64,000 nucleotides of DNA from an uncultured delta proteobacterium (lineage in GTDB: Bacteria; Desulfobacterota; BSN033; UBA1163): NCBI GenBank assembly GCA_963708295.1, contig CAVPSJ010000004.1, forward strand, positions 1,088,001 through 1,152,000, given 5' to 3'. Under the pieces are notes generated by a model, which ran no database searches, was not told the origin of the DNA, and saw only the letters and a list, made by a program, of their open reading frames with translations. Positions 37,893-48,179 of this stretch are shown here, piece after piece. A program made the translations under genes and the position numbers. How positions within the stretch are numbered: position 1 is the stretch's first letter; every line of letters begins with the position of its first letter.

Positions 37893-38916
37893 TTCTGATC
37901 TCCTGCTCTCTCTTGACGGAGGGTTGGATTTGAACCTTCGGGCTTCAATGGGCTCGTTTCCTGGGATAACTCGTTCCCGAATACCCTCCCCCAACCGTTT
38001 TTAATCAGTCCGACGATGCCCTGAGGGACGAAAAGCAGAACGCACCGTCAGGATGAGCCCGTCAACCAATAGTCGATAGTTCTTCATGAACTCGGTGAAC
38101 TGAGGAAGCAGCTTGATGAAGGTTCCTCCTACCGACACCGCCGAGCACGCTTCCCTTTCCTCCCAGGAAGACCATCACCATGAACTCGAGTGAGGTCCCA
38201 ACCCCAAATTGAGCGGGGGTGACGGACCCTGTGTAGTAGGCGAGGAGGCTTCCAGCGACGGAAGCGTAAATGGCGCTGATGACGAAGACCTTGACCTTCT
38301 CCCATGCGACATCGATGCCGAGGCTCTGTGCGCCTGTTTCGTCCCCCTGGATTGCCCTGAGGACCCGCCCTGCCTGTGAATTTGAAAGGCCGGCTGCGAA
38401 GAGGATCCCGAGAAAGACAACCCCCCATACCAGGTAGTAATTGGCCACATCTCCTTCAAAAACGATCGGGCCAATCGAGAACGGCGGCTGGCCCTGGATA
38501 CCGGTAAATCCTCCGGTCCATGCGCCGCCTACGATCAGGATCGCATTGATGAGCATGACAAAAATCAGCGTGGCAACGGCCAGATGGAACTGGGTGAGGG
38601 TCTTGAGCAAAGGGAAACCGAGGATAAGAGCGATGAGGCCTGTGACAATGGCGGCGACGATCAATGCCGGGAAGGGTGTGAAGCCAAACCGGATGGTCAG
38701 GATGGTGCTGACGTAGGCACCGATGGCATAGAAGCCGCCGTGACCGAGAGAAAGCTGGCCTGCGTGGCCGACGAGCATGCTGAGACCTGTGACCACAAGG
38801 GAGACGACGCCGGCCAGCACCAGGAAACCCAGGGTGTACTCATCCCTGATGAAGATGGGGATGACTCCGACGAAGGCGATGCCGATCAGGGCGCCGATGA
38901 GATGGCTTCGCTTCAC
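37889..38916 (-). CDS. livM: HAAT-family ABC permease, frameshifted near the 3' end
   Basis: GHAGQLSLGHGGFYAIGAY; GRVLRAI; MVFLGG; alternative frame ends overlapping livG ATG. Confidence 0.85.
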
Positions 38917-39794
38917 CTTGCCGATCCCCTAATGATGCCCTTCGGCATGGCACACAGCACCACGAGCAGAATGAGGAGCGCGATCACATCCTTGTACATG
39001 GAAGGGAAGATACCGGCAGCCATGCTTTCGGAGAGACCCACGGCAAGTCCACCGACAACGGCACCCAGATTGCTATCGATGCCTCCCACGATCGCCGCGA
39101 CGATCCCTTTGATGGTCAGGAGAACACCGCTGATGAAGTTCATAAAAACGATGGGAGCGATCAGGACTCCTGCCAGAGCGCCGATGGAAGCGCCGAAGAC
39201 AAAGGAAAGCTGGACGACCCGGATCGGGTTGATGCCGACGAGAGAAGCGGCAAGCCGGTTCTCTGCGGATGCGCGCATGGCCAGTCCTAACATCGTCCTG
39301 TCAAGAAAGAGCCAGAAAAGGACGGACAAGGCAGCGCTGATACCGAGGATCCAGATCGTCTGAGGAAGAATCGCCGCCCCCAGAACTTGAATGGGATCGG
39401 AGCCCGAGAGATGGGGCAACAAATAGGAGTCCTGCCCCCACAGGACGACGGCAAGACCCTGAATGGTCATGGAAAGCCCGATAGTGATCATAATGATCAT
39501 CATCCGGGGAAACGTGCGAACCCTCCGTATGACCAGCCGCTCTACGATCAAACCGACGATGGCCACGAGGACGATGGCAGCCAGGACCGATAGAAACATG
39601 GGCAGAGCCAGGCCAATCAGGGCGATGGCGACCATCCCCCCGAGCATGGAAAATTCCCCCTGGGCGATGTTCATGATTCTTGTGGTGCGGAAGACGAGGG
39701 AGAAACTGAAGGCGATCAGGGCATAAATAGCACCCAGCGTCAGTCCCGAGATCAGGAACTGAAGGATCTGTACGAACATTTGAAATTTTTCCAC
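38913..39794 (-). CDS. livH: HAAT-family ABC permease
   Basis: SGLTLGAIYALIA; NIAQGEF; GLAMRASAEN; AAIVGG. Confidence 0.9.
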   Translation of the reverse strand: MEKFQMFVQILQFLISGLTLGAIYALIAFSFSLVFRTTRIMNIAQGEFSMLGGMVAIALIGLALPMFLSVLAAIVLVAIVGLIVERLVIRRVRTFPRMMIIMITIGLSMTIQGLAVVLWGQDSYLLPHLSGSDPIQVLGAAILPQTIWILGISAALSVLFWLFLDRTMLGLAMRASAENRLAASLVGINPIRVVQLSFVFGASIGALAGVLIAPIVFMNFISGVLLTIKGIVAAIVGGIDSNLGAVVGGLAVGLSESMAAGIFPSMYKDVIALLILLVVLCAMPKGIIRGSAR

Positions 39795-39842
39795 CCATAG
39801 AAGCCGGCGCGCTGCCAGCCTCTGCGGGTTCCATTCAGAAGT

Positions 39843-41018
39843 TTACTTGGCAACGACCTGCCACTTGCCCCCAAGACCCATCAGGATGATCACGGAATTC
39901 TTGTCCACCCCGTTGTGATCGTTTGGAGTCATGACGTAACTGGCCTGGAGGCCGCTCATCTTGATATTTTCAATATAATTACGCACCTTCTCAGGATTGG
40001 TTCCGACGACCTTCATTGCCTCGACAGCCATCGCGGTCAGATCCCATGCGACCGCCTCCAGGTTTTCGGGAGGGGCATTGAATTTCGTCATATACATTTG
40101 CCGGAATTCGAGGCCGGGGGCCTTGACGGGATCGCTGTCGGGCACGCTGTCGAGCACCTGGAGCTTGCCGCCGAGCGTGAAGAGCAGGTTCTCTTTGGGA
40201 ACGTCTCCGATCAGCTTAAAGAATCTGCTGCTTGCCGCCCCGCCGCTCGGCATATAAGGAATGTCCATTCCAAGCTGGCGCATGTTCTTATAGACAAGAA
40301 CAGCGGCGTCGCCCGAGCACCAAGACAACAGGGCCTGGGGTTTGGCGGCCTTGAGCTTGGAGAGTTGAGGGGTAATGTCCTTGTCCTGAGTGTTGAAACG
40401 CTCCTCGCCCACCAGCTGTATGCCATATTTGGGGGCCAGAGATTTCAAGGTGGCGGACGCCCTGTCGCCCACGTCATCCATGGTCTGAAGGCTTGCGATC
40501 TGGGTCCAGCCACGCTGTTTGACGAAATTCATATAGACTTCATTGCCCATCTCAACACCGACAACCAGGTTGAAGAGGTACTTGTCGCCCGGGTTGATGG
40601 TTATCGCTCCAGAAGCGATATCCGGAATTTTCATCTGTTGAATAACGGGCTTAATGGGCATGATCGTCCAGGCGCCTGTCGGACCAAGGATTACCGAAAC
40701 CTTGTCCTGTTTCGCGAGCTTCTTGACGAGCAGCCCAGCCGTTTCCGCCTGCGACTGGTCATCATAAGAGATGTGCTCAATGCGCTGGCCTTTGATGCCT
40801 CCTTTTGAATTCAGCCGTTCAATCTCAAGGGCAATTGCCCTTTGCTGCATGCTTCCAACGTTTGCGAAAGAACCGGTCAGCGAAAAAATCGTTCCAATTT
40901 TATAGGTTTCTTTAGCCGTCTGAGCCATGGTAGACGATATACAAAGGGACAGGGAAAGCAAAAGAACGGGAGCCGCCGTGAGTAACGCTGCGAAGTGCCA
41001 TTTGCTTTTCATAGCCAT
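39843..41018 (-). CDS. LivK/J-like periplasmic substrate-binding protein
   Basis: Signal peptide; KIGTIFSLTG, GGIKG, YDDQS, DITPQLSKLK. Confidence 0.88.
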   Translation of the reverse strand: MAMKSKWHFAALLTAAPVLLLSLSLCISSTMAQTAKETYKIGTIFSLTGSFANVGSMQQRAIALEIERLNSKGGIKGQRIEHISYDDQSQAETAGLLVKKLAKQDKVSVILGPTGAWTIMPIKPVIQQMKIPDIASGAITINPGDKYLFNLVVGVEMGNEVYMNFVKQRGWTQIASLQTMDDVGDRASATLKSLAPKYGIQLVGEERFNTQDKDITPQLSKLKAAKPQALLSWCSGDAAVLVYKNMRQLGMDIPYMPSGGAASSRFFKLIGDVPKENLLFTLGGKLQVLDSVPDSDPVKAPGLEFRQMYMTKFNAPPENLEAVAWDLTAMAVEAMKVVGTNPEKVRNYIENIKMSGLQASYVMTPNDHNGVDKNSVIILMGLGGKWQVVAK

Positions 41019-41275
41019 TCCTTTTTCCTCCTATTAGTGAAATTAGGAACTTGCCTTGAGACGGGTTGACTATATAAGAAAAGGCAATGGTCTGTCAAGA
41101 GAGAAATCGGCCGAGAAATATGGGAGTGTGCGCCTTGAACAGGGCGAGGCTGAGAACATGAAAAAAATATCGCGAAGAAAGCCTCAAAAATCTAATCAGA
41201 TCCTTTCTAGATCAAAGATTCTTGGCTGACCGTCTTAGCATGACGTGACGACAAAGCCTTAAACGAGGGGGAAGA

Positions 41276-41974
41276 TTAACGCTCGATCGCTTTCAGAAAG
41301 TTTTCGGTATTACTCACCCAGCCCAAAGCCACTTTGATGTTGTGGATCGTTCCGTCCTGGATATAAGACGGACCATTGTTGGCAGTGGCGTCTGAAATGA
41401 GGACGGGGAAGTAACTAAGGTTCGCAGCGTCTCTCACGGAGGCTTCAACGCAGATGTTTGTAGCGCATCCTGTAAAAAATAGATATTTTAAGTTGTAGGT
41501 TTTGAGGACCGTGTCCAGATTGGTCCCAAAAAACGCACTGAATCGCGGTTTCTCAATAAGGAAGTCACCTTCATTCGGTTTCAGAAGGTCGATAATCTCA
41601 CTTCCCCACGTGCCTCGGATGAGGTATTTATCTTTCCATTTTGGATCCTCGCGGTAGGCCCTTACACTCTTGTACCAGAAGGAGGACTCCGGTCCCACCT
41701 CGCGCAGATCCGGGGAAAGGACATGGGCAATATAGATCACCTTGACTTTCCTCTCCCGGGCCTTGTCGCAAATCCTCCTGATCGGCTCGATCACTTTTTG
41801 AATGGACGCGATGTCGAACCCCCGCGCCTCAAACATCCCTCCCTTGCTAACAAAGGCATTTTGCATATCGACCACGATGACGGCCGACCTTGCCGGATCG
41901 ATCTCTATGGGTTCTGGTTCAGCAATCATCTTTGATAGGGTAATCATTCTTGACCTCCCTTTTCTATTTTTCAA
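41276..41974 (-). CDS. Isochorismatase-family cysteine hydrolase (RutB-like amidohydrolase)
   Basis: VVDMQNAF, EKPRFSAFFGT, TGCATNICVEAS (D-K-C triad). Confidence 0.9.
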   Translation of the reverse strand: MKNRKGRSRMITLSKMIAEPEPIEIDPARSAVIVVDMQNAFVSKGGMFEARGFDIASIQKVIEPIRRICDKARERKVKVIYIAHVLSPDLREVGPESSFWYKSVRAYREDPKWKDKYLIRGTWGSEIIDLLKPNEGDFLIEKPRFSAFFGTNLDTVLKTYNLKYLFFTGCATNICVEASVRDAANLSYFPVLISDATANNGPSYIQDGTIHNIKVALGWVSNTENFLKAIER

Positions 41975-42271
41975 CTAATCGCTTTGCTGTTTCGCAACTT
42001 TTTCTTTGAATACTTTCGTACTGCTTGTTGAATTTTACTCATCTAGTCAAATCACTACTACTACTAAATGTATACTTTTGGGGCATGCCTGTCAAATCTT
42101 GAGGGAGTCAATGGTCAAGATTTGGGGGTATCAGGATCCAGAGGCTGAACATCGCTTGCCGATACCCAGCCCTCACTCACAAACACGGAAAGCGCAAGGT
42201 ATGATCTTTAAACCGCTATCAGCGGGCTGAGCCCAATTTTTTCATGCCTGTTTGCAATTTGACGGATCACC

Positions 42272-42826
42272 TTACCGCTTGAAGTCATCCTCTCGTTTGG
42301 GTCCCTCTGCTTGCTCCCCTCTGAATAGTTTACAGCCGACATCCACCCAACGCTCACTTAGGCTCCCTTTCGCGGGTGCTATCCACGTTTGCCCATATGG
42401 ATGGAAAGACACTCTGAGCGCTTTCCAATGAACATCCAAATCCTCAACAGAGTAGATTCTATACTGTCGCGTCTCAGGATTAATTTGGATAATGCTTCGC
42501 TGATTAGCTGAGGAAGGCTTATGCGTCTGAAGGCCGGCCCCCGTAAAAGTCTGGACTATCGCCATTGCAAATGTACCGTCCGTAAGTGGCTCAACATCTG
42601 TAGCGTAACGCCATTCGGACATTTTCGCTCTTTCTCCGATCACGATGGTAGTATCCAATACCCACTTTAACCATGTAGGATTACCAGCCCATTTATGCAA
42701 TTCGCGGGGCTCCGCTTCAAAGGGCTTGAAGTTTTTATACCAGGCCGCCCAACTATTGCAGGTTGGAGCCAACGCAATCACCAGAGCCAACAAAACCACT
42801 AACTTTTTCATCTCAGTTCTCCTCAA
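42272..42826 (-). CDS. Secreted hypothetical protein
   Basis: MKKLVVLLALVIALAP signal; GAGGAG RBS. Confidence 0.55.
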   Translation of the reverse strand: MRRTEMKKLVVLLALVIALAPTCNSWAAWYKNFKPFEAEPRELHKWAGNPTWLKWVLDTTIVIGERAKMSEWRYATDVEPLTDGTFAMAIVQTFTGAGLQTHKPSSANQRSIIQINPETRQYRIYSVEDLDVHWKALRVSFHPYGQTWIAPAKGSLSERWVDVGCKLFRGEQAEGPKREDDFKR

Positions 42827-43047
42827 AGATCATGTGTGGTTGCTTCCAAAAAAACAAAACCTCATCTTCTTTTCAGAAATCAAGTCTAAATTCATCTCCA
42901 GGTCAAATTTCCACCCAATGTTTAGTGCTTACATGCCAATTGGAAGGCTTCAACCTCATGGGAGTGTATTAAATTAGGAATTGTGTGTCAATGAAAATTG
43001 GAGGGAGGAATGACCAATCACCCGTCTCCCGCCATACCAATCACGTC

Positions 43048-43100
43048 AAAAGGCTGCAACTTTTGTTGCATCGTCAACTTCTTTGTCAAAACGTAATTTA
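43048..43100 (+). repeat. Dispersed ~50-bp repeat, copy C
   Basis: ggctgcaacttttgttgcatcgtcaacttctttgtcaaaacgtaattt. Confidence 0.8.
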
Positions 43101-43179
43101 TGGATTAGGAAAAGACAGCCAGGAATATAACTTTGAGGAAGTAGCTGGAGGAGATTGATGACGGAGTATCACACGTCAA

Positions 43180-43386
43180 CAGGCTGTTGAAAAACGCCCA
43201 TCTGCGGCGTTCCCCTCATCCTTCGTCGTTGCAGCGTACATCCAAGTACGCCTCTGGCCGACTCACCAACTCGTCGGCGTGGCAAGATGTCGCTCCTTAT
43301 TCGTCGCGACGCCACTCTCAGGGTTTCGGTCGCCTTGCATCTGGGCGTTTTTGATCAGCCTGAAAAAAATGAAGTTTCAACAGGCT
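43180..43386. mobile_element. MITE copy 1, with ~59-bp internal insertion and degenerate right end
   Basis: CAGGCTGTTGAAAAACGCCCATCTGCGGCG... closely matches 48029-48179. Confidence 0.8.
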
Positions 43387-43517
43387 TTCGAGGGCTGACC
43401 TCAATTTCCTCCCCAGGTTTTGGGCCTTCACGCCTGAACTCGAATATAGCCATTTAGAGGGCGGGCATTTTTAACCTTACCTCATCCTTTCGATTAGAAT
43501 CCATCATTTGATGATTC

Positions 43518-44162
43518 TTATAAGGATGGCCATTTGCCAACGGATAATACCGGATAACCGGCTTTTTCCAAATCTTTAACAATCGCCTCATACTTTTCCG
43601 TTGCAATCCGGATAGCTGCAACCCTGTTTCCCTCTACGAAAAAAGAGGGAGATACAATACTAATAACATTTAGTTTGTGGTCTCTTATCACTTTAAGCAC
43701 TCCAAACATTGCACCAGGCTTATCTTCAAGGGCGAGAGTGAGGCGGGTGCCTTTCTGTTTGAGACCAAATAAGTCAACAAGATGGCTCAGTGCATCCGTT
43801 TCTGTAAAAACTCCATAGAGTCTTCCCTCCTCCAAAACAGGAAGACACCTGATCTCATGGTCATGCAGTAGTTGGACTGCTTCTTCGATGATTGTGTCCG
43901 GCGTAATCCAGATGAGTCTTTCTTTTGGGGTCATGAAGGCTGAAACATTTATTTTTCTCGTGCTGTCGGGAGGGGCTGCCTCCGTAAGATCTCGCTCCGT
44001 AACGATTCCAACCACGTTTCTATTCTCATCCACAACGACCAGATGCCGATTACCCTTCTCATGAATAAGCTGCCGGGCCTCAAGAAGCGATGCATCAGGA
44101 CGAATAGTTACCGGATCCCTCTGTATTCTTTCTCTCATAAAGCCTTTATAGCTAATTGTCAT
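43518..44162 (-). CDS. CBS-pair + ACT protein (AcuB-like)
   Basis: Two CBS motifs (VVGIVTERDL; LYGVFTETD) then ACT (LEDKPGAM). Confidence 0.88.
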   Translation of the reverse strand: MTISYKGFMRERIQRDPVTIRPDASLLEARQLIHEKGNRHLVVVDENRNVVGIVTERDLTEAAPPDSTRKINVSAFMTPKERLIWITPDTIIEEAVQLLHDHEIRCLPVLEEGRLYGVFTETDALSHLVDLFGLKQKGTRLTLALEDKPGAMFGVLKVIRDHKLNVISIVSPSFFVEGNRVAAIRIATEKYEAIVKDLEKAGYPVLSVGKWPSL

Positions 44163-44356
44163 TTATATTCCTCCTTTCTATTTTACGGAACTTTTAAATT
44201 GAAACACTACAATCATTGCGGAATAGCGGTTAAACCTCGACGTCATCCGCCAATCGGCTTTTTCCTTGGCGTCTCGAGAGAAATGGGCCAGGCTGTGATT
44301 CTCATTAGGTTGCGTACTTTCGCCGGGGGTACCCTCATGCACCTGGCAATTTCCCC

Positions 44357-44890
44357 CTATCCCTTCTGGACACCGCTCCACCATTCCTTGATCAAGGGAA
44401 CACATTCCCGCCCGGTAGCGGCGCTGTAGATAAGGTCGCCCTCGGGCGTGCAAAGTCTCGAGAATTCGACCGGGTGCTCCCTGGCAAGCCATGCGACAAA
44501 GGTTTGTACTCGCTGTTTGATTCTGCGAGAAGTCTCTTCTTCGACCGTTGCAACGAACTTCTGAATTTTGCCTTCTTTTAAGGAAATGGTGCAAGATGTG
44601 TAGAAGACCTCATCGATTCCCATTGCCTCAAGCCTGTCATTTCGTGCGATCAGCTGGCAGGTGAGTCCGTCGCGGTGCGGCAACAAGTTGATAAACCGAA
44701 GCTCCGTGTTGGCAGCGGCATCATATTCGAAGGCCTGCCGGATAGTTTCTTTTCCGATGAGGGTTGAATGGTCCATGATTTGATACTGAGCATCATCGTT
44801 GAACAGGTCCAGGAGATCACTCATCCTGTACCGATCCGGCAGGGCCTGAAGTCTCTGCATCAGACTCAGAACATATCCTTGATCGTTCAT
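44357..44890 (-). CDS. SnoaL/NTF2-like protein
   Basis: LLDLFNDDAQY...GKETIR...LKEGKI. Confidence 0.6.
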   Translation of the reverse strand: MNDQGYVLSLMQRLQALPDRYRMSDLLDLFNDDAQYQIMDHSTLIGKETIRQAFEYDAAANTELRFINLLPHRDGLTCQLIARNDRLEAMGIDEVFYTSCTISLKEGKIQKFVATVEEETSRRIKQRVQTFVAWLAREHPVEFSRLCTPEGDLIYSAATGRECVPLIKEWWSGVQKG

Positions 44891-45220
44891 AGGTTTCCTC
44901 CTTTCTTACCGAGAGAATGGTACCTCTTCCTCCGTGCTCCGGGGCTCGATTCTGTAAAGTCTTCCTCCGCCAACCATCCCGTTTGGATAGAAACATTTCG
45001 TTTGGGTTATTGGATCGATAATACTAAAAATGGCCATTTTGTCAATGTCAGAAATAGATTGTAAAAATTATTTTTTAACGATCATGATGGTAAAATTTGG
45101 CGACTACAAAGAGTGAGGATCAGTCTGTATTAGGGGTTGATGATTTCCATTGAAAGAAAGTATAACGGGCTACTAAGCCGCGTCGGCTTGAGCGGCGAGT
45201 TAGATTCATCTCTGCCGTAT

Positions 45221-45562
45221 TTAGTTTGAGATGTCTGGTGCCTCTTCCCAATTTACCGTTCGGAAAAAGTTCTCGCAGTTGCCGAATTTAGTATTTCGAT
45301 AGGTTTGCATTCCGGAAACAACACCATCAAAAAGCCAAACAAGGACATAATGGTCGTCCTCAAACCCGGAGTAGTCGGTAGAACAATATTGCCAGGCTTC
45401 ATTCTTGCCCTTGAATTGTCGGTTTTGTGGCTCACCCATTACCTGCCGAAGCTCAGCCACCGACATTCCAGGTCTAACCGTCGCAGATTTTCTTACGACT
45501 GCGCTTTGGGACGCACATGCCTGCAAGATGAGCATCAACGCTACAATGACCATATATCTCAT
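45221..45562 (-). CDS. Small lipoprotein, SmpA/OmlA-like
   Basis: Lipobox LQAC; VRPGMSVAELRQVMGEP...EAWQY. Confidence 0.7.
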   Translation of the reverse strand: MRYMVIVALMLILQACASQSAVVRKSATVRPGMSVAELRQVMGEPQNRQFKGKNEAWQYCSTDYSGFEDDHYVLVWLFDGVVSGMQTYRNTKFGNCENFFRTVNWEEAPDISN

Positions 45563-45898
45563 GCGATCCCCTCCTGAATCTAACTATTCTTTTTCTATTC
45601 TTTCTCTAAAACGATCAACCAGATCTCTTCTTCTTCCCCCAAAAAGGGCCATTGGGTGCCATTTTTTACAGAAAAGACCATTCTGGACAATATTATACAG
45701 AATTTGCGTAATTCAAGAATGAATTATCTTGCTCGTAAATCCATTATCAATTTCTACTTATATTTTACACCATTTTCAAGAATTAGGGAAGAGAAAGTTT
45801 CAGGAAGTACTCTTCGGAAACAAAAAAACAGGGCCATTTCTGACCCTGCTTAGCTCCTTGCATTTAATCTTAATTTCAACAACGATGTCTATTGATTT

Positions 45899-46276
45899 CT
45901 ATTTTTTCCCAGCCCCTTTTGCATAATCCACCATACCTTGAAAATCAACGATAACCACAGGCTCATTTCCGACAACCCAAGCATCATGTCCAGACCCCAG
46001 CAGTGCTACATCTCCTGCTTTACAATCCTTTACTGTCCCATCATCCATCTTAATCCTTAATGTTCCAGACACATGATACTGAAAATGAGGAGCTTCGCAA
46101 CTTTCTGTTTTTGCTAAAGGTTTCACAGATTCAGACCATTTCCACCCAGGTTTCAAAGTTGCCCGTCCTATCGTTTTTCCTTCAATATTAATAATTTCCA
46201 ATTTTCCCTTATCAAACGTCCTTACCTCATCCGGTTTATCAAAACTCTTCGCTTCCATTTTTGCCATGTTAATCAC
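45899..46276 (-). CDS. Cupin-domain protein
   Basis: LKPGWKWSE, CEAPHFQYHVSG, GHDAWVVGNEP. Confidence 0.88.
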   Translation of the reverse strand: MINMAKMEAKSFDKPDEVRTFDKGKLEIINIEGKTIGRATLKPGWKWSESVKPLAKTESCEAPHFQYHVSGTLRIKMDDGTVKDCKAGDVALLGSGHDAWVVGNEPVVIVDFQGMVDYAKGAGKK

Positions 46277-46700
46277 CTCCTCAACCGATTTGATAGGTCT
46301 CTATATATTTAGTTTATTCCAATAATAGGCGTTCGTAAACACAGTGAACTACTTATTTCTAGGGTAAAAGCACTGTATTTTAATGCCAGTCTATTCTTTT
46401 GACAATTTGAGCTGTTTTACCGATTACGACTTGAAAGCTTGTATTAATGGAGGAAATTCAAAAATCACGACTACAGGAAGAAGTCTTCGACACCAGAGGA
46501 GGTTTAAACCCATGGAACGGGTTCGCCAAATACTTCGTCGTGAGAATGGTTGATGGCAAGGGGAGATGAGGGACACCCCTGAAATTTAGATGTCCATATA
46601 GGTTTCCATCGTTCCCATTTTAGGTGTTCTGTGTGGGGAATGATTAATTTGAGAATTAAAAAGGAGTTACGAATGTCTCTCAACCAATTGAAATTATAAA

Positions 46701-46776
46701 TGGTGGTCCCAACGGGATTCGAACCCGTGTTACCGACGTGAGAGGCCAGTGTCCTAGGCCACTAGACGATGGGACC
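46701..46776 (-). tRNA. tRNA-Glu (anticodon CTC), CCA encoded
   Basis: Reverse complement GGTCCCATCGTCTAGTGGCCTAGGACACTGGC-CT-CTC-AC-GTCGGTAACACGGGTTCGAATCCCGTTGGGACCACCA folds as a cloverleaf. Confidence 0.95.
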
Positions 46777-47055
46777 ACGCTTTAATTCAATTCCAAATGT
46801 CAAATGCCAAATTTCAAATAAATTCCGCTGCTTGCGGCAGGGAGGAATTATCCAACGTCCAACAACCAAACCATCTTTCATGTCTTGTCCAAATTAACGC
46901 ACAACTCATCAAAAATCAAGCAATATTTCATTGCCTTCTAACATTCCCAATTCTTCTTGTCTTATAAATTTTTACGATTTATACTAGGGAATAATAAAGG
47001 TTGCTCTCGAATTTGACATTTGAACTTTGACATTTGAGATTAAGATTCTAACGCT

Positions 47056-48028
47056 ATGATCCCCATTCGAGATGCCGTTCGTTCGAAGAACTTTCCGGCG
47101 GTCAACGTCATCCTCATCGGCCTGAATGTCGTTGCCTTCTTATGGGAACTCGCTCAGGGCCCCCAGCTGAAAGATGCCTTTTATCTTTATGGAATCGTAC
47201 CCCTCCGATACTCCAATCCGGAAATTTCCGCTCATTTCACAGGTTTCGAGCAGTACCTCCCTTTTCTGACCTCCATGTTTCTCCACGGAGGATTCCTCCA
47301 TATCATCATGAACATGTGGTTTCTTTACATCTTCGGAGATAACATCGAAGACAGGCTCGGTCACATTCGATATCTCATCTTCTATCTCTTCTGTGGTGTG
47401 GCCGCCGGGCTGATCCATCTTTTCACGAATTGGAATTCGAATATTCCTACCATCGGGGCAAGCGGAGCCATTTCAGGCGTCATGGGAGCTTATCTCCTCC
47501 TCTATCCCCGTTCCAAGATCCTGACATTGATTTTCATCTTCTTCTTCATTCAATTCGTCGAAATTCCGGCCTTTATCTTTCTCGGAATCTGGCTCCTCCT
47601 GCAATTGCTTTCTGCGGGTTTCACACCGAGCAATGTCGGAGGCGTTGCCTTCTGGGCTCATATTGGCGGGTTTGTCGCCGGCCTTGTTTTTATAAAAATA
47701 TTTGATGCCGTCCCAAGGACAGGTCTAAGCGGTAAGCTCTCTCAACACACCGGGCGGCAGAGGACCCCTCGTATTCAACCGCTTGCGCCTCTCTCCATTC
47801 CGGATGAGTTGGATCTTCACGGGATCATCAAGATCACGTCGAGAGAGGCCCGTTTCGGGACAAGAAAGATGATCTCCGTTCCTCAAGGACTGAGAAAGAG
47901 GCCTCTTATGGTTACGATTCCGCCTGGCGTAGAGGAAGGGACCCGCCTGCGTTTAAAGGGATTGGGGAAACAGGGTGAAGACGGGACGCGGGGAGATCTT
48001 CTTACTGGACGTCCACCTGATTGATTAG
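47056..48028 (+). CDS. Rhomboid intramembrane serine protease fused to a DnaJ C-terminal-like domain
   Basis: SMFLHGGFLH..NM, GASG, AHIGGF; C-terminal VTIPPGVEEGTRLRLKGLG..GDL; likely 1-bp indel near 48000 with true end GDLLLDVHLID-TAG at 48028. Confidence 0.88.
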
Positions 48029-48179
48029 CAGGCTGCTGAAAAACGCCCATCTGCGGCGTTGCCCTCATCCTTCGTCGTTGCGGCGTACATCCAAGTACGC
48101 CTCACTCCTCAGGATTTCGGGCGCCTTGCATCTGGGCATTTTTGAGCAGCCTGAGAAAAATGACTTTTTCAGCAACCTG
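48029..48179. mobile_element. MITE copy 2 (151 bp) with terminal inverted repeats and TTAG target duplication
   Basis: TTAG|CAGGCTGCTGAAAAA...TTTTTCAGCAACCTG|TTAG. Confidence 0.88.

Noticed and set aside
35071-40808. Long + strand ORFs (400, 262, 259, 297 aa)
   Set aside because: Antisense shadows of GC-rich minus-strand genes with no recognisable motifs
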